A DNA stretch of 64,000 nucleotides from Sphingomonas sp. 32-62-10 (GTDB taxonomy: Bacteria > Pseudomonadota > Alphaproteobacteria > Sphingomonadales > Sphingomonadaceae), in assembly GCF_002280555.1 (NCBI RefSeq), contig NZ_NCEE01000005.1, positions 55,019 to 119,018 on the forward strand. Reading direction: 5' to 3'. Shown here one piece after another: positions 41,112 through 48,502 of this stretch. The notes under the pieces were generated by a model. The model was not told the DNA's origin. It saw only the letters and a program-made list of their open reading frames with translations, and made no database searches. Both the position numbers and the translations under genes were made by a program. The first letter of the stretch is position 1, and the number at the start of each line of letters is the position of its first letter.

Positions 41112-41788
41112 TGGGTTGGGCCATGCTGATCGGGATCGCTCTCGCGGCGGCCGCGCTGCTCTGGCGGCTAGGGGTGCCGCGCGTGTTATGGACGTCGAGC
41201 GCTGCGGCGCTTGTGTTCGGCGCGGCCGGTTATGCGCTGCAGGGATCGCCAAGCCTGCCTGCCAGCCCGGCCAAGGGCCAGATCTCGAAACTTGATGTGG
41301 CTGCCGACATTGTCGAACTTCGGGGCGCCTTTTTCGGGCGTTTTACCCAGGATGCCGCGTACCAGACAGCGGCTGACGCGATGATCCGCAGCAATGATTC
41401 AGCCGCCGCCGTCAAGGTGACATTGGGGGGTATCGACCGTATTCCCAAAAGCGTGCCGCTCTGGACTGAACTTGGCAGCGTGCTCGTCAAGCATGATGGT
41501 GGCAATGTTTCTCCAGCCGCGCTATTTGCATTCCGGCGGGCGATGTTCATCGCACCGCGTCATCCCGGGCCGCCCTTTTTCCTGGGGCTCGGCTATGCTC
41601 AGTCGGGCCAGTTGCAAAATGCACGGTTCTGGTGGCGGCGCTCGCTCGAGCTTTCGCCGCCCGGCGCGAGTTACCGCACCGCGATTCAAGAACGGCTGAT
41701 GCTGCTCGATCAGTTCATCATGATGAGCCAGCAACAGGGCCAGGGTGGTGCTCCAGCAATGCCGCCCGCTACGGCGCCTGCGCCTTAG
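41111..41788 (+). CDS. CcmI/CycH-like membrane-anchored TPR protein
   Basis: Two N-terminal TM helices and a helical-repeat C-terminus. It is the last gene of the ccm operon, starting at a TGATG overlap. Confidence 0.55.
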   Translation: MGWAMLIGIALAAAALLWRLGVPRVLWTSSAAALVFGAAGYALQGSPSLPASPAKGQISKLDVAADIVELRGAFFGRFTQDAAYQTAADAMIRSNDSAAAVKVTLGGIDRIPKSVPLWTELGSVLVKHDGGNVSPAALFAFRRAMFIAPRHPGPPFFLGLGYAQSGQLQNARFWWRRSLELSPPGASYRTAIQERLMLLDQFIMMSQQQGQGGAPAMPPATAPAP

Positions 41789-41791
41789 GCG

Positions 41792-42262
41792 CTAGGCAAA
41801 TGGCCTATTGAGCCGAACGATCGCCCAGTTAAGCCAGGCAGCAAAGCTGACCCAGAGCAGATAAGGCACGATCAACAGGCTGGCGAAAGACGAGATCGGC
41901 CAGATCAGCGCCACCAGCAGCACCAGTGATACCCAAAGGAACACGACCTCCACCAGCGCCCAATCGGGCCGCTGCGCGCGGAAGAACAGCGGGCTCCATA
42001 AGAAATGGCAGACTGCGTTGGTTGAAAAGAGGCACAGCACGCGGCTGCGTTCCCAATTCTGGTCGGCGGCATACCAAGCAATGATCGCCGACCAGGCGGC
42101 AAGCCCCAATATGATCGTCCAGGCAGGGCCGAACAGCCAATCGGGGGGCTGCAGACTTGGTTTTTTCAGGTTGCGATACCAAGGGCCGATCGGGGTCATC
42201 AGCCCGCCAGCTGCCCCGAGGAAAACGGCGCCGCCAATGCCCACGATTACGGGTGTTTCCAT
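41792..42262 (-). CDS. tspO: TspO/MBR tryptophan-rich sensory protein
   Basis: Five TM segments, Trp-rich, with WFxxLxKPSxxPP-type motif (WYRNLKKPSLQPPDWLFGPAWTI). Classic PGC-associated gene. Confidence 0.9.
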   Translation of the reverse strand: METPVIVGIGGAVFLGAAGGLMTPIGPWYRNLKKPSLQPPDWLFGPAWTIILGLAAWSAIIAWYAADQNWERSRVLCLFSTNAVCHFLWSPLFFRAQRPDWALVEVVFLWVSLVLLVALIWPISSFASLLIVPYLLWVSFAAWLNWAIVRLNRPFA

Positions 42263-42290
42263 GTTGTTCCGCCTAGCCCGTCTTGTGGAG

Positions 42291-42308
42291 TGTCAAACAA
42301 CTGGTACA
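42291..42308. promoter_or_regulatory. TGT-N12-ACA palindrome (PpsR/CrtJ-type site) in the tspO-bchI divergent region
   Basis: TGTCAAACAACTGGTACA lies 9 nt upstream of the bchI ATG 42317. Confidence 0.5.
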
Positions 42309-42316
42309 CGCAAAGG

Positions 42317-43231
42317 ATGCGAGCGTCCTTCCCATTCTCCGCCATCGTCGGCCAAGACGAAATGAAATTAGCCCTGCTGATCGCCGCGATTGATGCGCGG
42401 ATCGGGGGCGTGATGGTGTTCGGTGATCGCGGCACCGGCAAATCGACTGCGGTGCGTGCACTGGCTGCCTTGTTGCCGCCGATGCCGGTTGTTCCCGGCT
42501 GCCGTTATGGCTGCGCACCCGGCCAGGCGGTTTGCCCGACGCCCGAAACGCACCGACCCGGCAAAGCGAGTGCGCCAGTACCGTTCGTCGATCTGCCGCT
42601 GGGGGCGACCGAGGACCGCGTCGTGGGCGCGCTCGATCTCGAAAAGGCGCTTGGCCACGGCGAGAAGGCCTTTGAGCCGGGGCTGCTCGCCCGCGCGCAT
42701 CGCGGCTTTTTGTACATCGTGCGACACGCGGCGCGCTTCGTGCTTGTCGGCAGCGGTAACCCCGAAGAGGGCGAGCTTCGTCCGCAGTTGCTCGATCGGT
42801 TCGGGCTATCGGTGGAGGTGCGGACCCCGCAGGACCTGAAGCAGCGCGTCGAAATCCTGAAGCGATGCGATGCTTATGAACGCACGCCCGACAGCTTTGC
42901 CAAGGAATGGGTGAAGGCCGAGCGCAAGACGCTGAAGCGGATCGCCAAGGGCAAGGAATTGCTTGCCGAGGTGGTGGTGCCGGATGCGGTGCTGACGCGG
43001 GCGTCGGAACTGTGCATCGCGGTGGGCGCGGATGGGTTGCGCGGCGAATTGACCCTGATGCGGTCGGCGCGGGCGCTGGCGGCGCTGGAGGGCGATGTGC
43101 AGGTGACCGAGACGCATCTGAAGCGCGTCGCGCCGCTGGCGCTGCGCCACCGGTTGCGCCGAAACGTGCTCGACGAAACCGGATCGACCGCGCGGATCGA
43201 ACGCGCAATGGAAACCATGTTCGCGGCATGA
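42317..43231 (+). CDS. bchI: Mg-chelatase ATPase subunit BchI, apparently lacking the Walker B segment
   Basis: FPFSAIVGQDEMK, Walker A GDRGTGKST, GSGNPEEGELRPQLLDRFGL and DGLRGELTL are present. However, RGFLYI runs directly into VRHAARFVLVG, where the family has IDE.NLL...VEREG.S. ATG 42317 is preceded by AAAGGA. Confidence 0.9.
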   Translation: MRASFPFSAIVGQDEMKLALLIAAIDARIGGVMVFGDRGTGKSTAVRALAALLPPMPVVPGCRYGCAPGQAVCPTPETHRPGKASAPVPFVDLPLGATEDRVVGALDLEKALGHGEKAFEPGLLARAHRGFLYIVRHAARFVLVGSGNPEEGELRPQLLDRFGLSVEVRTPQDLKQRVEILKRCDAYERTPDSFAKEWVKAERKTLKRIAKGKELLAEVVVPDAVLTRASELCIAVGADGLRGELTLMRSARALAALEGDVQVTETHLKRVAPLALRHRLRRNVLDETGSTARIERAMETMFAA

Positions 43232-44988
43232 CGGAAGCGGGCGACATGCCGCCCCCCATGCAATCCGATATCTGGTCGGATGCGTTGCTGGCGGCGCGGC
43301 TATGCGCGATCGATCCCTCGCTTGGCGGGCTCGTGCTGCGGGGCGGCGGCGAAGCACGCGATGCCGTGATCGCCGCGCTGGTCGAAGGGCTCGGCGCGGG
43401 CGTGCCGGTGCGGCGGGTGCCATCGCATATCGATGATGAGCGGCTGTTGGGCGGGCTCGATTTGGGCGCGACATTGTCGACCGGGCGGGCGGTATCGCGG
43501 GTAGGCTTGCTGGCAGAGGCCGATGGCGGCGTGGTGATCGTGCCGATGGCCGAGCGAATGGCGAGCAGCACTGCGTCGCCGATTGCCGCTGCGCTCGATA
43601 CCGGAGAGGTAATCGCCGAGCGCGAGGGTATGGCGCTGCGCTCGCCAGCGCGCATCACGGTGGTGTTGCTCGACGACGGGGTGGAGCTTGATGAGCGCCC
43701 GCCGGTGGCGCTGGCCGAGCGGTTGGCGTTCTGGTTTGATTTCGGTGACGTGCGGACAGCCCTTGGGGCTGATCCGGACAATGCTGGTTCGGCGCCGACA
43801 CCAATCGGTAGCGACGTCACTGCTGCGCCTTCCTCTGATATTCTCGAGGCGATCGCCGCCACCACGTTGGCGCTGGGAATCGATTCGGCGCGTGCACCAA
43901 TCTTCGCGCTGCGTGCAGCGCGCGCGGCAGCAATACTGGCGGGTCGTTCCGTCATTACCGAGGATGACGTGATGATCGCTGCACGGCTGGTGCTCGGCCC
44001 GCGGGCCACACGGATGCCTGCGCCGCCCGAGGCCGAACCCGAGGGCGAAGCGCCCGAACCGCCACCACCACCGCCGCCCGAGTCGGAAACGAGCGAGCAG
44101 GAAAGCGGCGATCCGCAGCCGCTGGAGGATGTGGTGCTCGAAGCCGTGCTCGCCTCGCTGCCGAAGGACGTGCTCGCGCAGATTGCGGCAGGCGGGCAGC
44201 GGCGCGGACCACAGGGGCGGGGGCAGGGCAAGGGCGCGAAGCAGAAGTCCGCCACGCGTGGTCGCCCGGTCGGGGTGCGTGCCGGCATCCCGCGCGGCGG
44301 GCTTCGGCTCAGCCTGATTGATACGCTGCGATCGGCGGCGCCCTGGCAGCGCGTGCGCGGCGCAGAGGCTGGCCGGGTCAACATCCGCCGCGACGATCTG
44401 CGAATCCGCCGGTTCGAAAAAAAGATGGAGGCGACGACGATCTTCGCCGTCGACGCGTCGGGATCATCGGCGCTGGCGCGGCTTGCCGAGGCGAAGGGCG
44501 CGGTCGAGCTGTTGCTGGCGGAGGCCTATGTGAAGCGCGCGCAGGTGGCGCTAGTGGCATTTCGCGGGACGGTGGCGGAATTGATTTTGCCGCCGACTCG
44601 CTCGCTGGCGCGCGCGCGCAAGTCGCTCGGGGCCTTGCCCGGTGGTGGTGGCACGCCGCTCGCTTCGGGCCTGAATGCCGCGCGTGAACTCGCCGAAGCG
44701 GCACGCAAGCGCGGGCGCACGCCGTTTTTGGTGATCCTCACCGACGGCCGCGCCAATATCTGCGCCAAGGGCACGATGGTTCGTCAGGCCGCCGAGGATG
44801 ATGCCGAAGCCGCCGCCAAGGCGATCGGCCTGTCAGGCATCGGCAGCGCGTTCGTCGATATCTCGCCGCGCCCCCGGCCCGAGGGTGCAAAGCTCGCCGC
44901 AATCATGGGCGCGCGCTATCTGCCCTTGCCTCGCGCCGATGCCCGGGCGATGCACGCCGCCGTCAAGGGAGCGCAACATGCTGACTGA
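43228..44988 (+). CDS. bchD: Mg-chelatase subunit BchD
   Basis: N-terminal AAA-like domain, acidic Pro-rich linker (PEPPPPPPPESETSEQE) and C-terminal vWA domain with MIDAS (FAVDASGSS). ATGA overlap with bchI. Confidence 0.93.
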   Translation: MTEAGDMPPPMQSDIWSDALLAARLCAIDPSLGGLVLRGGGEARDAVIAALVEGLGAGVPVRRVPSHIDDERLLGGLDLGATLSTGRAVSRVGLLAEADGGVVIVPMAERMASSTASPIAAALDTGEVIAEREGMALRSPARITVVLLDDGVELDERPPVALAERLAFWFDFGDVRTALGADPDNAGSAPTPIGSDVTAAPSSDILEAIAATTLALGIDSARAPIFALRAARAAAILAGRSVITEDDVMIAARLVLGPRATRMPAPPEAEPEGEAPEPPPPPPPESETSEQESGDPQPLEDVVLEAVLASLPKDVLAQIAAGGQRRGPQGRGQGKGAKQKSATRGRPVGVRAGIPRGGLRLSLIDTLRSAAPWQRVRGAEAGRVNIRRDDLRIRRFEKKMEATTIFAVDASGSSALARLAEAKGAVELLLAEAYVKRAQVALVAFRGTVAELILPPTRSLARARKSLGALPGGGGTPLASGLNAARELAEAARKRGRTPFLVILTDGRANICAKGTMVRQAAEDDAEAAAKAIGLSGIGSAFVDISPRPRPEGAKLAAIMGARYLPLPRADARAMHAAVKGAQHAD

Positions 44989-45871
44989 TCGCGCGCGCTG
45001 GGATGTCGAGGGGCGTGACTGGCCCAACCGGGCGCAGAGCCGGTTCGTCACGACCGACCGGGTCAAATGGCATGTCCAGGTGATGGGCAGCGGGCCGGTG
45101 ATCCTGCTGATCCACGGCACCGGCGCGGCAACCCATAGCTGGCGTGAACTGATGCCGTTGCTGGCGGCGCATTTCACCGTTGTGGCTCCCGATATGCCAG
45201 GGCATGGCTTCACTGTCGGTCGACCCCTGGGTGGCTTGTCGATGGGCGCGATGGCGCGGGCGGCGGGTGCGTTGCTTGCCGAACTGCAACTCGAGCCTGC
45301 GCTCATCATTGGCCATTCCGCGGGGGCGGCAATCGCGGCGCGGATGGTACTCGACGGGCTTGTAGCGCCGACGGGGGTAATCGGCCTGAATGCTGCGCTT
45401 CAGCCTTTTCCCGGGCTTGCCGCCAAGATGTTTCCCACGCTTGCCCGGATGCTGTTCGTCAACCCTTTTGCGCCGCACATCTTCGCCGGCATCGCCCGCC
45501 AGCGCGGTGAGGCGGGGCGGTTCCTCGCGCGCAGCACGGGGTCAAAGATCGATGCAGCGGGGGCTGACTTCTATGGTCGGCTGTTCGCCACGCCCGCCCA
45601 TTGCGCGGGAGCGATTACCATGATGGCCGACTGGGACCTCGAGTCGCTGGCGCGCGATTTGCCGCGCCTGTCGGTGCCGTTGCTGCTGGTGCATGGCGAT
45701 GACGATGCGGCGATCCCGCTGGCGAGCGCTCAGGCTGCCGTTGCACAGGTGACCGGCGCACAGATCATCAGCTTGCCGGGATTGGGGCATCTGGCGCATG
45801 AAGAGCAGCCGGGGGCGATCGCTGATCGGATCATCGGGTTTGCGCGGGCAATAGGGGTGATGGCAGCATGA
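44978..45871 (+). CDS. bchO: Alpha/beta hydrolase BchO (Mg-chelatase accessory protein)
   Basis: ILLIHGTGAATHSW and GHSAGAA nucleophile elbow. Position after bchD. The start overlaps the bchD 3' end by 11 nt. Confidence 0.85.
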   Translation: MLTDRARWDVEGRDWPNRAQSRFVTTDRVKWHVQVMGSGPVILLIHGTGAATHSWRELMPLLAAHFTVVAPDMPGHGFTVGRPLGGLSMGAMARAAGALLAELQLEPALIIGHSAGAAIAARMVLDGLVAPTGVIGLNAALQPFPGLAAKMFPTLARMLFVNPFAPHIFAGIARQRGEAGRFLARSTGSKIDAAGADFYGRLFATPAHCAGAITMMADWDLESLARDLPRLSVPLLLVHGDDDAAIPLASAQAAVAQVTGAQIISLPGLGHLAHEEQPGAIADRIIGFARAIGVMAA

Positions 45872-46029
45872 TCGGCGACAATATCGGATTACTCGAAATG
45901 GGCCTGGTGCTGGGGCTGACGCTAGTCTTCCTGGTCTACCAATATTGGTCGACTGGCCGCTCGATCGCCCGCGACAAAGCTGCGCGGGAGCGCGCCGCGA
46001 ACAGCGCCCCGAGCGACTCGCAGCAATAA
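45868..46029 (+). CDS. Unlisted 53-aa single-TM ORF translationally coupled to bchO
   Basis: ATGA overlap with the bchO stop. Translation is MIGDNIGLLEMGLVLGLTLVFLVYQYWSTGRSIARDKAARERAANSAPSDSQQ, with one hydrophobic helix and a basic tail. Third-position GC is high, like real genes here. Confidence 0.5.
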   Translation: MIGDNIGLLEMGLVLGLTLVFLVYQYWSTGRSIARDKAARERAANSAPSDSQQ

Positions 46030-46039
46030 GGCAATCGCC

Positions 46040-47098
46040 TCAAAGGATCGCGCGGGGCATCCTGAAGGGCAGCATTGCCTGCACGATCGGCGAGCGGAAC
46101 CGCCCCAGCGACAGGCTTTCATGCACCGCGTGCACGTCTTCTCCGAATAGCCGCGTTGAAAGGGCAGAGCGCGCATAAAAGGGCGCATCGACCCACGTCT
46201 TGGTCACCTTTGGCCGGAAATCGGCATCGGCGCGGGTCAGCCGATCGACCAGCCAGCCCGATCGCGGCAGCTTGGCGGCAGGCGGTTGCATCACATCATG
46301 CCAACGGCCCTGACGATCCATCTTCAATGCGAGATCAAACGGGGTGCCGTCACGGCGCGTGCCTTCGTACAGCACCGCGACATCGTTCTTCAGGTGCGCG
46401 CGCGACCAGTGCCAGTCGTTGAAGCCTTCCTCCAGCGCTTCCTCACCGAAGTTCGAATCGAAATAGCCGCTGCCGTTCCAGCTGATTTCGGGATTGTTCA
46501 TCGTCACTTCCACGCGCGCGCGCGGGGCCACGGGATGCCAGCGATGCTTGCCGGCATTGTCGAGGTGGAAACCGGTCGTCCCGATCATGTCGGGATAGAC
46601 GCGCACCTGCCCGCGCACCGGATAGGGAAGCGGTGCCGATGTTTCGTTGATGTCGATGAGCAGCGAATTGCCGTCCCAATGCAGCCCGCTAGGTCCGACG
46701 ATGAAGTTGTCCGCATCGCGGCGGACGCGGTGCCAGGGGCGTTCGGTCATCGCCCACGCATTGCCGCGCGGGCCGTTCATCGACACGTTGATCGAACAGT
46801 GATTGGCCGGGCTGTGGCGGCCGCTGAGCTTGTAATAGGGTGAAAAGACGCTGCCGATGAAAGCGATGATGGTCAGACCGAAGCGGCCGTCGTCGCTGCA
46901 GGCGTCGATGTACCACCAGGCATAGCCCTGCGCATCGACTTCGACGTCGAAGCGAGGTCCTTGAGCAGGATATCGACGGCTAATCCGCCGCTGAGGGCTG
47001 CCATCGGCACGCCGGCGCCCGGGTGGGTGCTCCCGCCCGCGCAATAGATACCAGGGATCGCTGTCCGGGCGCCCTGCCGGCGGAAGGACGCCGCCCAT
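46040..47098 (-). CDS. crtC: Carotenoid 1,2-hydratase CrtC (hydroxyneurosporene synthase)
   Basis: PRFDVEVDAQGYAWWYIDA...TIIAFIGSVFSPYY...DAPFYARS motifs. Recognisable homology begins near 46957. The start is uncertain: ATG 47098 is the first in-frame ATG, and TTG 47044 is also possible. Confidence 0.85.
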   Translation of the reverse strand: MGGVLPPAGRPDSDPWYLLRGREHPPGRRRADGSPQRRISRRYPAQGPRFDVEVDAQGYAWWYIDACSDDGRFGLTIIAFIGSVFSPYYKLSGRHSPANHCSINVSMNGPRGNAWAMTERPWHRVRRDADNFIVGPSGLHWDGNSLLIDINETSAPLPYPVRGQVRVYPDMIGTTGFHLDNAGKHRWHPVAPRARVEVTMNNPEISWNGSGYFDSNFGEEALEEGFNDWHWSRAHLKNDVAVLYEGTRRDGTPFDLALKMDRQGRWHDVMQPPAAKLPRSGWLVDRLTRADADFRPKVTKTWVDAPFYARSALSTRLFGEDVHAVHESLSLGRFRSPIVQAMLPFRMPRAIL

Positions 47099-48429
47099 CC
47101 GTGCGAGGCCCGTCCATAAAGGGCTCCACCCGTCGAGGGAAACAGGCTCTCGAACGTTGCCGGAGTCGACAGCACCGTTGCCGATGGCGGAAGCTCCAGC
47201 GTAAGGCCCGCTCGCTCCGTAATCTGCAGCATCCGCGATTGGCATTGATTGATCTCCGCTTCGGTAAATCCGGGCCCGTCGCCATTGGCGGGGGCATTGA
47301 CGAGAATTTGCAGGCGTTCGCGCCCGTCCGGCCCCACGCCGCGATCGTCGCGGTCCTGCGCGCAGATATAGACGGTGGGAACGGAGGGCAGGCGGCCGGC
47401 CGCCAGATCGACGAACTCGGCTTCGTAATCGTTGGAAAAAAACACATTATGGTGTGCCAGCGGAAAGCCGCTGGTGGTGGTGTGGGCGGTCCACACCATG
47501 GCGCCGAACGATCGCTCAGACGGGGTCATGCCCGCCACAGCGCTGCTCACCGCTGCTCCGAACCGTCCCTCGGCAATCGCCGCCGGATCGGCGTTGCAGA
47601 TGATCGTCGGCGCGGTCAGGCGCTCGCCACTGGCGAGGACCACGCCCGCAGCGTGACCCTGTTCGACCAAAATCTCGCGGACGGGCTCGCCATAGCGATA
47701 GCGCGCGCCATTGGCCTTGCCGATTGCTTCCAGCCCGCGGGCAAGCGCGTGCATCCCCCCATCGACCAGCCAAACACCGCGCGCCTCGACATGTGCAATC
47801 AGCATCAATGTGCCGGGGCATTGAAAGGGGGAGGAGCCGCAATAGGTCGAATAGCGCCCGAACAGCTGGCGCAGACGCGGATCAGCGAAATAATCACCAA
47901 GCGCGCCCCATAAGGTCTGGAAGGGGCGGGTGGTGAGAAGGTCAGCGGGGTTGGCCTTGCCCATTTCCCAGGCCAGCCGCACCGGGCCTGCGCGCTGGCT
48001 GCGCAGGAAGGGCTTTTGCAGCGAGGTGAAGATTTGCTTCGCTTCCGCACAGAACCGGCGATAGCCATCCGCTGCATCGGCACCGGCGAATTCAGCGATT
48101 GCTGCTTCGCTTTTAGCGCGATCGGCGAAGAGATCGAGCCGATCATCACCCCAGGCATGGCGCGCTAGCGTGGTGCTGGGGGTAAGCTTGACGTGATCGT
48201 CGAGCGACGCGCCGCAGCGATCGAAAATTTCTTCGAACACCTCACGCATGGTGAATACGGTTGGACCACCGTCTACTAGTGCACCACCCGAATCGACCTG
48301 GCGCATCTTGCCGCCCGGAGCATTCGCCGCTTCGATGACCGTCACATCCAAGCCGCGCGCAGAGAGCAGGGCTGCACTGGTCAACCCTCCCACGCCGGCC
48401 CCGATGACGATTACCTTTTCGCGCTGCAT
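46873..48429 (-). CDS. crtD: Hydroxyneurosporene/methoxyneurosporene desaturase CrtD (phytoene-desaturase family)
   Basis: FAD motif KVIVIGAGVGGLTSAALLSARG and C-terminal GGSTHPGAGVPMAALSG. ATG 48429 gives MQREKVIV. Confidence 0.9.
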   Translation of the reverse strand: MQREKVIVIGAGVGGLTSAALLSARGLDVTVIEAANAPGGKMRQVDSGGALVDGGPTVFTMREVFEEIFDRCGASLDDHVKLTPSTTLARHAWGDDRLDLFADRAKSEAAIAEFAGADAADGYRRFCAEAKQIFTSLQKPFLRSQRAGPVRLAWEMGKANPADLLTTRPFQTLWGALGDYFADPRLRQLFGRYSTYCGSSPFQCPGTLMLIAHVEARGVWLVDGGMHALARGLEAIGKANGARYRYGEPVREILVEQGHAAGVVLASGERLTAPTIICNADPAAIAEGRFGAAVSSAVAGMTPSERSFGAMVWTAHTTTSGFPLAHHNVFFSNDYEAEFVDLAAGRLPSVPTVYICAQDRDDRGVGPDGRERLQILVNAPANGDGPGFTEAEINQCQSRMLQITERAGLTLELPPSATVLSTPATFESLFPSTGGALYGRASHGWAASFRRQGARTAIPGIYCAGGSTHPGAGVPMAALSGGLAVDILLKDLASTSKSMRRAMPGGTSTPAATTAASV

Positions 48430-48444
48430 TCCGGCCTTTCGAGC

Positions 48445-48483
48445 GTTGAGCAAGTCGATGGCAATTGACGCCCCCTGCTCAAC
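48445..48483. promoter_or_regulatory. Inverted repeat in the crtD/crtF divergent intergenic region
   Basis: Perfect 8-bp arms GTTGAGCA-N23-TGCTCAAC inside the 73-bp spacer between the crtD ATG and the crtF ATG. An inner GTC-N10-GAC is also present. Confidence 0.4.
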
Positions 48484-48502
48484 CGTCCAACTAATTGGAC
48501 AT

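Noticed and set aside
42273-44384. 703-aa ORF on the minus strand spanning bchI and bchD
   Set aside because: It is antisense to two genes with unambiguous family motifs. The product is Ala/Arg/Pro/Ser-rich low-complexity sequence, typical of the stop-free antisense frame in GC-rich DNA.
46873-47098. Frameshift pseudogene interpretation of crtD or crtC
   Set aside because: Both frames remain open and both products retain family motifs to their ends. No internal stop or obvious frame break is seen. The region is treated as a genuine overlap pending read-level verification.
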